Shown: piece after piece, positions 30,991-42,329 of the stretch
How positions within the stretch are numbered: position 1 is the stretch's first letter
Layout of the letters: each line of letters opens with the position of its first letter
Source: Thraustochytrium aureum
Taxonomy: Eukaryota
Reading direction: 5' to 3'
NCBI GenBank assembly: GCA_012862495.1
Contig: BLSG01000037.1
Span: 46,721-95,406 of the forward strand
DNA: 48,686 nt
Notes under the pieces: model-generated
Told to the model about the DNA's origin: nothing
Seen by the model: the letters and a program-made list of their open reading frames with translations, nothing else
The model's database searches: none
Translations under genes and position numbers: made by a program

Positions 30991-33900
30991 TCAAATGAGA
31001 AAGCGGTCGTCCACGAGCGTCTTGGAACTCAAGTTTGCGTTGCCAGCCATGAGACGCAGGGTTAGGAAGAAGCGGTCCAGGGCGTAGGCGACAAAGATGG
31101 CCGTCATGGTGTTGTTCGTCCAGAACTCGACAACACCGAGCGTGAGGAGGTTGAAGAGGATCAGGTTCCAGGTCTCGCCGTAAAAGAGGACCTTGTCGTA
31201 GTCGTAAAACGTGTCCGGGAAGAAGACGCTCTCCTTGGAGCCGATGCCCATCTCTGGCGGAGTGTGCAGAAAGCGGTGGACAAAGTTTTGCTCGCGAAAC
31301 TGGATCTTGAACTCGGAGGTGTCTTGGTCAACAAAGCTGCGCAGGAAAGCGTTGAGCTTTTTGGAAGCGCGAACCAGCTTCTCCGGCGCTGGGCGGCCGC
31401 CCTTCTTCCCCAAAAGTCGCAGCAGGAAACCGCTGGTGTCCGCTTGCGCGCTCTGGAGCTCTTCGCTCATGAGCGTGCGGTAGATGTGGTTGTACTGGCG
31501 CTTCCACTCGCCGGTGACGTATATCTCAAACGTCTGCTGGCCCCGGTTCGGGCAGCCAGGAAGGCCACGGTCTGTTGTGAGGCCCTCCTCCTCTTGGCGG
31601 AGCTGGCGCGAGATCTCGAGCATGCTGCCGTCTGCAAACTCGTGCTGCGAGCGGCAGTGCAAATAGTAGCCGTGGTACTCCTCGTCAAGGACAAACACGG
31701 AGACCTTGGCCATCGTGCAGAGGTCGACGAAACTGTGTGTGGGCGGCTCGGTGATGTAGCGGTCTTGGATCGCCCACTTCCAGAAGATCTCCCCGTAGGC
31801 GACGAGGAGGAACCAGAATGAAGTGTTGAAAAAGCGAAGCACGATGTTGAGCGGCCCAGGCGTCAGGTCGCGAAAGTTGGGCGTCGGCGTGGCCGCGTAC
31901 TGCAGGTCGCCTCCAATGAGGATGGTGGCTAAAAGGATGAGCGCCAGGTCGACGTCGTACTTGCGGCACCGCTGGAGCTCGTTCCACTCGTTGGCCATGA
32001 AGATGGTGCGCCAGACCGAGATCGGCGCAAAGCGCGACTTTGTGCCGTCGCCCCGTTTGCTTGTGACGCGCCCGCGCGGCTTTTCCCAGTCGAGGAAGAA
32101 GATGTCGCAGTTCGACTGCATGACGACGATCTCGAACATGCGCGCGAGCTGGCCGAAGAAGCAGACCTGCAAGGTCACATAGAACGCGTAGTAGTCGTTC
32201 TCGGTGCCGTACTCGGCCCGATATAAGGGCAGCAGCAAGTGCACGTTGTCCTGCATCTTGAAAAAGATGAAAAAGTAGCCTGCATACGCGAACAGGAACC
32301 AGAAGAACATGCTCGAAAACGTGCTCAACCCGTACGAGACACCCCGCAAGAGGAAGGCAAAGTCCACCGGGGTGTCGCCCGGCAAGCGCGTGTTTCGCCG
32401 GCTCCAGTTGTAGAGCCGCAGCAGGGAGGCCAATCCTACCATGGTCATTGTGATCCCGAAGAATGCCGCTGTGGAGCGCCAAAACCCAGTGTAGTCCTCT
32501 GTGTACTCCACCGTAAAAGATATCTCGACGTTGGTGGCGCTTGTGGGCGGGGTTGCCTTGTTCGTCCACGCCGTTCGTGAAGAACCCGCTTACGAGGCGC
32601 TCTTCGTACAGGATCTCGAGAACAGGGGGATAGATCTTGTCGGCTTGGAGCCCCTGCACCGAGGTGATGAGCACGATAGACTTTGCATACCGAACAACAG
32701 CGGCGTCGCCGTTCACCGAACTCTTTGAAGATACTTGGTCGTAAAGGAAGAAGCGGCGAGTGAGGAGGTCGTCTGCCTCCATGGCGACGTTGCTGTTCTC
32801 GTTGGGATACTGAGAAGACCTGGTGAGCATGTTGCGGTTGCGCACGGGAACGGGGTACAGCGCGCCGTTGTTGGCATAGTCGACAAGGTACATGTCGTAA
32901 AATTCCGGTTCAGGAAAGTACCGCAGAATGTTGAACAGGTTGCACGAGTAGGTGCGCTCGTGCCCGTACCCAAAGCGCCGCCACCGCGGGACTTGGTTGG
33001 CCGTGGGCTGGCAGTACTCAAACTCGGTCGTCACGTTCGTCCAACCCAGAAAACTCCCGTCGAGGGAAAACCGCGCCAGGACGAACTGCAGAAAGTCGAA
33101 AGTCCCCTCTTTATTGGCCATCTCAAACGAGAACTGCATGTTGATACCAATGTCGGAGAGGACCGATTGCGAGGTCCCTTCGTACAGGATCCACGGCGTC
33201 ATGAGGCGCCAGTTCCAGCTCACATCCGTCCAGGGCCCACGTTGCCTGTGCACCTGTGCAAGCAGCGTGCATGCGGGAGTGGTTTCGTCGTATTGCTGCA
33301 GCACGCAGAGGTTTGCGAGCGCCTGGCAAGCCTTGACACCGCTCGAGTCGCGCAGAAAGCGGCACTTTGCGCCAACAATCGGGTAGTAGTGCGCCAAGAT
33401 GATCGAGTTTTTCACCACATACGTCGTGTAGCCGTTCGAGAGGCCGCCTGCGGCAGCGCTCTGCAGCTGCCGCAGGCGCTGCCTGAACGCGTTGCTCGAC
33501 CCGTCCGCTTCGCTGGGCGGAGACCCAGCGGCCGAGCTGACTGGAACGACGTGGGTGTACTGGATCTCGTTTGCGCTTGGCTGGTTCACCACAAGGCTCT
33601 CTGTCGTCAAGATGCACGTCACGCCGTCACCCACGCCGTCCACGCCGACCTGCGTTAGCTCTGGGTTGGTCGCCGAGGGGAGGGCGCAGACGCAACGGTC
33701 GTTGAAGACGACCATGCCTGGGTGGGGGCAGCGCTGGCAAATGTAGTTGTCCTCCTCGGTGATCGGCGTGTCCACCTGCGCGCCATCTTCCTTCAGCGCT
33801 TTTAGGTACCGGCTGCGGACCAAGGAGCCAGCCGGGCAGGGCTCACACATTTTATGCGCCAGCAAGGCCCCCAGCGCGTCGCGCTCGCGCAAAACGTGCT

Positions 33901-34384
33901 GTGGGTTAGCGCACTGGCACGTCCGCGTCGAGTTATTGATGGCGATGCTCGTGTCGTTCGCCCCCGAGCCACACGCCATGCAGCTCAGGCGGTCCAAGGA
34001 AGATGCCTGCGGGCACTCCATGCAGCGAAAGCTGTCGCACCACAGGTTGTTGACAGCGGTTGCAGTTTCGCAAGGCGCTGAAGTATACAGGTCATCATGA
34101 TTCTTCATCCACCCTGGCGCGCAGCTGCACCCCGTGGAAACCGTGTAACTGCGCGTGTGGTACGGCTGAATGAGTTGCTGCCAGTCTGTGACCCGTGCGT
34201 TTAGGTTTTGTTCATTGAGCCCCCGGTTCGGTGGCGCGGGGCACACGCGGCACTGAAAGTTGCTCGTGTCCAAGTACTGGTTCGCTGCGCAGTCCTGCAC
34301 AATAATACTCCTCTCCGCCGCGGCGACCACGTGTCCGGCGATCACTGCCGACGCCAAGCACGCCCAAAGCCCTTGCCGCGCCAT
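30991..34384 (-). CDS. TMEM67: Meckelin (TMEM67/MKS3) with one apparent frameshift near 32550
   Basis: Signal peptide; Cys-rich ectodomain; ACQALANLCVL; LTRRFFLYD; YPPVLEILY; DIFFLDWEKP; SVWRTIFMANEWNELQ; FVDLCTMAKVS; YHGYYLH; C-terminus NLSSKTLVDDRFLI. Confidence 0.95.
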
Positions 34385-35667
34385 CCCGTCCTTTTGGTCG
34401 AGTAAGGTGCGACGTTCGGCCAAGCCCACTTTTCGCGCCGCCAAGAAACGCCTCCTGGCCACAGACGTTCGACTACTCGGAGCCACCAGCCGCGAGAGCA
34501 GCAGCCTGCGTGCTGTGTCTCCTCCGCTCTGCCTCGCGCGCACTCACGCGCGACCGGCTGCCGTTCGGGACGGGTCTGGAGCTCCTCGACAGCAGCAACG
34601 AGCCCAAACTGAGACATTACCGTTACGAAAAGCGTTCTGCACGAGAGAAACCCCGTCGTCCGGCATCCATGGCACAGGCTTTTGCGGCCACAGACCGGCC
34701 TGCCGCTGGACCCCGTGCCAGCGGGCCCAATGGCACCACCTCGACTCGATTGTCCTGGGCTCGACTGGGCTGGATGGCGCTGGGCTGGGCTGCGTCGCGC
34801 TGACTGGATGGCGAGATCCGCAGGATGTGCTACACGCTGGTTTCGTTCGTCTCGTGCGAGCGCCTCGCCGCATGTGCGCGTTGTCGCGATGTGCTGGCGA
34901 GCGCTGCCACCTGCAGTCATGCCTTGGTTGCAGCTGATCCTTGAAAGGCAGGGGGACAGCGGAGGCAAGGTGCGCCGCGAAGATTGGTGCTCATCGCCGC
35001 GTCGTGCTGAGACGAGCTTGCTTGCGCCGATTCATCGATGAACGAGCCCGCATTGGCCGGCGCCTGCACCAAGCTGCTAAACGCAGGAGAAGCAGCGCAC
35101 GGTCGCGCACGGGCCCGCCCCTTCACCTGCAGACCCGCCCGCGTGCCCGCCCCACCTCGCCTCGCCTCGCCAGCTCCTCCTCGCAGCGAAGCGAACCGCC
35201 TTCTCGCGGATGGCCCCCGTGAGGCCCTCCGCATGCCAGAACAAAGCCCAGCCTGCCTCGGGCCTCGAGCGCCTGTGCCATTCCCGTCCGCGAGCCCGCC
35301 CGATCTGGCCATTGACGCAGGCAGACCCATTGTTCCCAAGGACGCGCGCCAGGCCGCAGAGGACGGGCGCCCGTGCGCGGCCGCTCGCAGCGCGTACAGC
35401 CNNNNNNNNNNNNNNNNNNNNNNNNNNNNNNNNNNNNNNNNNNNNNNNNNNNNNNNNNNNNNNNNNNNNNNNNNNNNNNNNNNNNNNNNNNNNNNNNNNN
35501 NNNNNNNNNNNNNNNNNNNNNNNNNNNNNNNNNNNNNNNNNNNNNNNNNNNNNNNNNNNNNNNNNNNNNNNNNNNNNNNNNNNNNCGCTCGTCTGTCCTC
35601 TTGTTGGCGGCTCGCGGAGGCGCGCGGCGGTCGCGGCGGGAGGGATTCGGCGAGAGGCCGTGCCGAG

Positions 35668-36234
35668 ATGGCGCTCGAGCACGACGCGGACGGCGTCAAG
35701 GCGGTGCACGAGATGCTCGTGGCGGTCAGCGAGGTGATGCGGGAGCTCGTGGAAGGGCTCGCGAAACGCGTGGATGGCGCTGGCATGGCGCAGGATACCT
35801 TGGCGGTGCATGAGGAGCGGCGGCGGGTCGTCCTAGAGCAGCTCCGCACCGGGTTTTTCGATGGGGAAGTGAACTGTGCAGAGCAGGGGGGCGCCAACAA
35901 GGTCGGCAAGAGCGCGGCTGCGGACGGGCCGGAGCAGGACTGCAACGCGGGAAGCGAGTCCGACGCGGCCATGGAGGACGGGGACAGCGCTGAACACGAC
36001 GATGAGAGCAAGGACGCGAACGGGTTTCGCTCGGCGTTTGCTGCCTACAAGGCTGCGCGGGACAAGCTGTCTGCTCTACTTGAGGCCGCGGATGCGGAGG
36101 GGCAGGCGCCCACCGCCATGGCGTCGCAGGCTGAGCTCGACCGCCTGGCGGACCTGCGAGCGGAAGCCCGCCTCAAGAACGCACGCCTCAAGTACTTGAT
36201 TGACCGGCTGAGGTACCTTCGGCAGCACATCTAG
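35668..36234 (+). CDS. Coiled-coil protein, Mediator subunit 30-like
   Basis: C-terminus LRAEARLKNARLKYLIDRLRYL resembles the MED30 C-terminal helix KNxxLKxxxDxLRxL; 188 aa. Confidence 0.5.
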   Translation: MALEHDADGVKAVHEMLVAVSEVMRELVEGLAKRVDGAGMAQDTLAVHEERRRVVLEQLRTGFFDGEVNCAEQGGANKVGKSAAADGPEQDCNAGSESDAAMEDGDSAEHDDESKDANGFRSAFAAYKAARDKLSALLEAADAEGQAPTAMASQAELDRLADLRAEARLKNARLKYLIDRLRYLRQHI

Positions 36235-36825
36235 CTAGAGCTCTAGCTGACTGGCGCTCTAAGTGTTGTGATTGATCTTGACCGAGGGCTTGAAGGGGTT
36301 CAGAGAGGGCCTGATGGCGGCACCATGACCGGGGGCGTTCGAGGTGGTTCAGGGTCTGCTGCCTTGGCTCCAGTCAACTTTGCCGAACGCGCTCCCACAA
36401 ACGCGGAACCGCTAAGATTTCAACTCGCTATTCACGCGACGGCGTCGCTGCAGAACGATCGACCCGCACGGTTTTCACGGGCCGCGTGACCCGCCCCCGC
36501 ACCAAAAAGTTGGCAGGCGCCCTCCGCTCCTCGACGCCGTGGAGCCAAAACTCCGCGAGGTCGCCAGCCGGCCCGGCCTTCCCGCGCAAGCCAGCCCGCT
36601 GCCAGCAGCCCCAGCGGGCCGCGCTGGCGCCGCGCTGTCCAGGCCGGCCTCGAGCACATGCTCGAGTGACTTGGCCAGTGCGTCAACCCGAAAGAAAAAA
36701 AGCGACATGCAAGCCGGCACTTTGACGAGTGGTGCCCGCGTGCAGACCGTGTGCGTCAGGCAGCCCACCACGCAGTCGGGCCGCCGGCCAGCCTGGCCAG
36801 CCAGCCGTCAAAGGGCCCGATAGCA

Positions 36826-38164
36826 ATGGCGACCATCGCACAGCGGTGGCGGCCGCTGCTGCGCAAGTTTTACCTGAGGTAAGCGTGTTTTGATCAGCAG
36901 GGGGATGGATGGCGGGATGGGGCGTTTCAAGCCGCAGGAATGGCTCGGCACGCTTGGCGCGACTGGACGAGAGTGAGGCCGGCTTGGGCCTGGGTGGCGC
37001 GCCGCGATGCGGGATGGGATGTGATGGGATGGGATGGAGAGCTGACAGGATTGCATGGGACGGGACGAAACAGGACTCACCCGGACCTCATGGCGCGGCA
37101 CGGCAGCAAGCGCCTGGACAACGAGGCGTCCATGAAAGAGCTGGAGAACGCGCTTACATCGCGACCTGTCGCGGCGGTCGCGCTCAAGTTTCACGTCCTG
37201 TGCCCTGCGAAGCGTGAAATCTCAAGAGTAGCGACGGCCACGATTAAGCCTGCCAAAAACAGTCGCGAATGGGAGGAAAGTGTGGCGGACGTTTTGCGGG
37301 TGTTGTTGCCGAGCGTGCTCGAGCCAGAGGCGATGCCGGAGCGGTTTCGCTCACTCTCGAGCCTGATAGAAGAGGATATTGGAGGCGTAGCGAGGCGTTA
37401 CGACGCCAGGTCGGTGCCAGACATGAGCTGGGTGCACAACGTGCCGGTCGGGAACGCTGACGCAGATGCTGACGCCGATGATCCCTACGACATGCACCTG
37501 CAGTGGATGGAGTCACCAGAGCTCACGAACACCGAGCNNNNNNNNNNNNNNNNNNNNNNNNNNNNNNNNNNNNNNNNNNNNNNNNNNNNNNNNNNNNNNN
37601 NNNNNNNNNNNNNNNNNNNNNNNNNNNNNNNNNNNNNNNNNNNNNNNNNNNNNNNNNNNNNNNNNNNNNNNNNNNNNNNNNNNNNNNNNNNNNNNNNNNN
37701 NNNNNNNNNNNNNNNNNNNNNNNNNNNNNNNNNNNNNNNNNNNNNNNNNGCTTGAGCGGCTTGCAGCGTTATGCATGCAGCTCTTTGAACAGGACGACCT
37801 CGAGGTTGCGAGTTCTGCGAGTAACCCGATGCAGGTGGCGAAGGCGTTGTTCAGGAGCGACCGGGTGCGCTGCACCAAAGACGTGGACGCCCGCGAGGCG
37901 TTTGAGTTGGTGATCGGCGCACTGGAGATGATTGACGAGTCGACCTTGGGCGCCCTTGCATCTCCGTGGCTATCCGACCTGACCCTGCTCATTAGCCAGG
38001 ACCCGACGTCGCTTCGCGGCCGCGTGCTGGTCCTAAATTCCGCGTCGAGCGCGACGGAACTTGCTAGTGCGATAGAATTGACCATGCAGACGTTCCGGAA
38101 CATAAAGCGAAGCGGCGATCGGGCGGCGGCGGCGGCGGCGGCTGCCGCTCGCTCCAACGCGTAG
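36826..38164 (+). CDS. DUF4460 / TCAIM-like protein; exon 1 36826-36878, intron 36879-37073, gap 37538-37749
   Basis: Splicing yields PLLRKFYLRTHPDLM....NEASMKEL, matching the DUF4460 pattern LRxFYxxxHPD...NExSL. GTAAGC donor, GCTGAC branch, CAG acceptor. Confidence 0.75.
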
Positions 38165-38882
38165 GGCTGCCGCGCCACNGTTTTCAATTCGAAAAGCCGA
38201 GCCGATGGCAGCAGGTTTGCCAGCGGTTAGGGCGCAACAAAGGCTAGAGCGCGCCGGCAGAGGGGCTACGCGCCGACGAAGTGCCGGCTATGCTGCTGAA
38301 GAAACCAGGTGCCCTTGGGCCAGACCGAGGGCGAGCGCCTCGGTAAAGTGCCCCGAACCTTTGCAAAATAGCGGATTGACAGGGTTCGAAACAACGAAGC
38401 AACGGCATTCCGCTAGCCGAGCCGGGCTGAAGAAAAAAATAAAAATCGAATTGAAACATCATGATGGGCGCGTCCGTATTTTGCTCTACAAGCACGTTCT
38501 TTGACTGAGCGAGCTGGCAAAGGACCAAGCCACGATACCTCTGAAAGGCTGCGCATGGCCGCATCAGCAGCATGAGTCAAATGGCATTGTGGCCAGGATC
38601 GTGCTCGCCAAGAGCACCCGGTGCTGAAAACGTGGCTCGACTACTTACTCAGACATCGCACGCAACCTGCGTTGCTTTGACCTGGATGGCAAAGGGAAGC
38701 CGTAGCGCAAGTAGCTCGAAGCGAACACCCCCGAAGCGGTCTCTGGAGGTCTAAAATGCGCAGGCATCCACTTCGAGAACGACCGTCCAAGAATCGCTTC
38801 GGAGCAGCCCACGTCGGCAGCCAATGTTCAGCTCGGCTTCAAGCCAGCTCGGCTGCAAACGATCCCGGCGAGCTCTTCAACG

Positions 38883-39900
38883 TTACTCAGTCGATTGCGC
38901 AGTTGTCGACGCGACGTCGTCAAATGCAGGCGTCGGTCGCACCTTGTGATTGGAATGCCCATTTTTCGATCGCAGTTTGGCTGCGGAAACGTCGAGGGCG
39001 TCGTGGAGAAGCAGCATGTTGACGACGCTGTTGATGACGAGGTCCAGCGGACCAGAAATGTACTCCGAGAGGATCCAATGCGCGATTTCCGGGCGCGCGT
39101 CGTTCTCTAAAGCGCTTGCGACGCTCGACGTGACGACCATGTGGACGAAAGTAGAGGCGATCGTTATAGTGCTCAGCCGCAAGTTTCGGCTTGCAGAGGA
39201 CTGTATCATGTGCATATCCCTCTTCATCGCCTCACCTCCCACTTTGGTTCTTTCGAAGTTCCGAAGCGATCTGAGGTGGTCGGAAAGCGGGACGTAGAAG
39301 AGAATCAGGTACCCCACCGACAGGCCAGAGTCAAGCCCTGTGAACGTCCAGGACACTACGCTATTGAGAACTTGAATGCAGTACTGCCCAGCGAAGAAGA
39401 GGCGTCCCTCGAAAAATGAAGAAACATGAAAGACTGAGCAGGAAGACAGATGCCGTGCCGAGCTTGACGAGACGAAGAACGACCGCCTCAAAACGGGTCA
39501 ACACCCTGTTCGATTGGACCGACACTGCACGCTCGAGCAAGACGTGGTACGACGCAAAATTGGCGAGCACATAAAACACTGCTGGGGTTCGTTCGAAATA
39601 GGAACAGGTCTGCCAGGGTAGCTTTGTGCTGATGCCGACGAGAAGGAGCAACTCGCACGACAAGCTACAGCTCAGGTTGAACGAGAGTATCCTGCGCCGA
39701 CGCCTCGTTGAAGCGTTGCTGGGCGACTTGGAGAGCGACGCTCTTGCCAGCTGGACGAGACAGAGTCCATGGAAAACGCTTGCCACAATGCACGAGACCT
39801 GGCTCACCACGACGAGCGCGGAGAACTCTGGCGTCGCCCCTTCGTCCGGGTACAGGCGAGTGTGGTTTTCGCGGAGCTCCAAGTAGTTGCGTGTTGCCAT
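38883..39900 (-). pseudogene. 7TM receptor-like paralog B with +1 frameshift (pseudogene or sequencing error)
   Basis: Collinear with paralog 40393-41379. One extra base in the A5 run at 39412-39416 shifts the frame between ...SCFFI and EGRLFF. Confidence 0.75.
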
Positions 39901-40392
39901 CGCGCCAAGCTGGACCCGCACAGGGCGGGCGGCGCTCGCAGAGACTGACCTGACTGGTTGCGCAACTGAACATTTGTGGAACGTGACGGAAGCCAGTCTC
40001 AACGGACACTGCAACAACATTGACCCGCTCCCGTCAAACCCGCCCTGCTGCGAACCTACCGGTACTTCCTTGCGCAAGTTACATCGGGATCCTGGCGTCC
40101 CGGTTGTGTTCGGCTTGCCACGAGGTAGCACACTTGCCAGCTCGTCAATGGCGGCGTTTGGCTTGCCACGAGGTAACAAGAACACCAAATCTAACGGTAT
40201 TCTCTGGCTCGCCGATTGTGTGACTCGCCCTCTCAGAGAGAGAGACAGCAGACGAGATCGAAGAGGAGCGATGCGTACAGAAAGTGTATGCATAGATTGC
40301 CATGTCATTGAAAAGGAAGGAACGCCTCGCATCGGCCCCAACCGTCGAAACCTGCGTCAGTAGGTGGTCTCGGCGAGTGCTTCAGCTCCCGC

Positions 40393-41379
40393 TCATTGCA
40401 ATGCAGGCGCTGGTCGCACCTTCTGGCCAGAATTTCTGGTCTTCGATTGCTGTCTCTGCTGGGATACCTCGATGCATTCGCGCAGAAGCAGCATGTTGAC
40501 GGCGCTGTTGATGACGAGGTCGAGCGTGCCAGAGATGTATTCCGACAGGATCCAAGGCGCGGTTTGAGGGCGCGTGTCGCGGTCCAGGACGCTTGCGACG
40601 CTCGAGGTCACGACCATGTGCACAAACGTCGAGCCTATTGTCAAGGTGCTCAGACGCAAGTTCCGGCGGGCCGAGGACTTTATCAGTCGCATATCCCTCG
40701 CCATCGCCTCGCCCCCTGCCTTTCCGTTCTCAAAAAACCGAAGCGACTTGAGGTGGGCGCTGAGCGGGATGTAGAACAGCACGAGGTACCCTACGGAAAG
40801 CCCAGAGTCGAGCACTGTGAACGTCCAGGACAGCAAACTGCTGAGTGCCTGGATGCAGTATTGCTCCACAAAGAAAAGGCGCCCCTCGAAGAGCAAGAGA
40901 GATGAGAAGCTAAGAAAGAAGACTGATGCCGTGCCAAACTTGACGAGACGGAGAACGACCACCTCGAATCTTGTTGAAGCCCTGTTTGATTGGACCGACA
41001 CTGCGCGCTCGAGCAGAACGAGGTACGACGCAAAGTTTGCAAGCGCGTAGAACATCGCTGGAAACCGTTCAAAGTAGGAGCAGGTCTGCCAGGACAACTG
41101 GACGCTGATGCCGATGAGAAGCAGCGTCTCGCACAGCAAGCTGGTGCCCAGGTTGAGCAAGAGAATTTTGCGTCGGCGCCAGGCTTGAGGCGCGTTGCTC
41201 GATTTTGTGGAGAGCGACGCTCGGGCCAGCTGTGCGAGGCAAATTCCGTGGAAGGCGCTTGCCAGCACGCACGAGACCTGGCTCACAACGATGAGCGCGG
41301 AGAACTCTGGGGTCGCCTCTTCGTCCGGGTACAGGCGAGTGTGGTTTTCGCGGAGCTCAAAGTAGTTGCGTGTTGTCAT
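40393..41379 (-). CDS. Orphan 7-transmembrane GPCR-like protein, paralog A (328 aa)
   Basis: Seven hydrophobic segments; Cys at the top of TM3 (QTCSYF); LLERA at the end of TM3; Cys in the TM4-5 loop (QYC); basic loops. Confidence 0.7.
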   Translation of the reverse strand: MTTRNYFELRENHTRLYPDEEATPEFSALIVVSQVSCVLASAFHGICLAQLARASLSTKSSNAPQAWRRRKILLLNLGTSLLCETLLLIGISVQLSWQTCSYFERFPAMFYALANFASYLVLLERAVSVQSNRASTRFEVVVLRLVKFGTASVFFLSFSSLLLFEGRLFFVEQYCIQALSSLLSWTFTVLDSGLSVGYLVLFYIPLSAHLKSLRFFENGKAGGEAMARDMRLIKSSARRNLRLSTLTIGSTFVHMVVTSSVASVLDRDTRPQTAPWILSEYISGTLDLVINSAVNMLLLRECIEVSQQRQQSKTRNSGQKVRPAPALQ

Positions 41380-42190
41380 CCTGCCGATCCAGCGGACGGT
41401 TCGGTCCCGCACCGGTCAAGCGAGGACCGGTCGAGCGAGCACCTGCGACGGGCCGCACTGTCCGCGAGCGCGACCTGCCGCGTAACTGCTCACGCGCCCC
41501 AGGCGCTCCCGGTATGTTCGAGTTTGCAGCTTGCTGGTACAATCCAGTATGAGCGAGCGCATGGAACGGACACCGGTTTTGAGCGCGAAACGGCACACCG
41601 TTCGTAAAACGTGCTGTCTCAACAACTCACTCGCGCCGACCGAGACCTCCAGAGCTCGCTCCTCCTAAGTCCTTCAGCACCATCAAGCCTTGCATTCATC
41701 AACCACGTGCCACCCATGCAAGCACACGCGGCACCGATAGATACCCTTCGGTCCGCGCAGCGTCCGCCCATCTCAACGGATCGAACCACCATCCATCGCG
41801 CACCTCATGCATGGCAAAGAGCGCGCTAGCTCGCGCCAGCCGGTCGCCGGCACAGCCGCCACGAGCGCTTCCAATCCTGCTCGAGCGCCGAGCGCACGTG
41901 GCCTCATCGCGTCGCGACAATGCGCCGCGCGGCATGCACCAGCAAGTCTCCTGATCTCAAAACAAATCCACCTCCACGCGCTCGCTGCACGGCCGAAAAG
42001 GCCCAAACCCCCCTTTCGGCAGCGCCGCAGGGCGCCTACAGGCAGATCGTCGGGCGGCCGCGGCACATCGGGTTGCCCCGCGACGCGCAAGTCCTCGATG
42101 CGCTTCTGCCGCGGAGTTTTGGGCGATAAAGCGCGACGGACGCGAGAGAGTTCGCGCAGACCCTCGTGGAAATGATCACAAAGTGAGGCA

Positions 42191-42191
42191 G

Positions 42192-42222
<31 letters not shown>
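42191..42222. repeat. (GCCT)n microsatellite ~110 bp upstream of SHMT
   Basis: About 8 GCCT units. The reverse complement (GGCA)n lies at 7951-7970 upstream of glucosidase II beta. Confidence 0.9.
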
Positions 42223-42223
<1 letters not shown>

Positions 42224-42329
42224 GCCATAGGTGGGAGAACAGACCCGCAACGCGAAGCGCAGGACTGGAGTCGCAGAGCTCGCAAGGGCCGAATCGGTGT
42301 TGGTTTCGGTGCGTTGCCTCGCGGAGACG

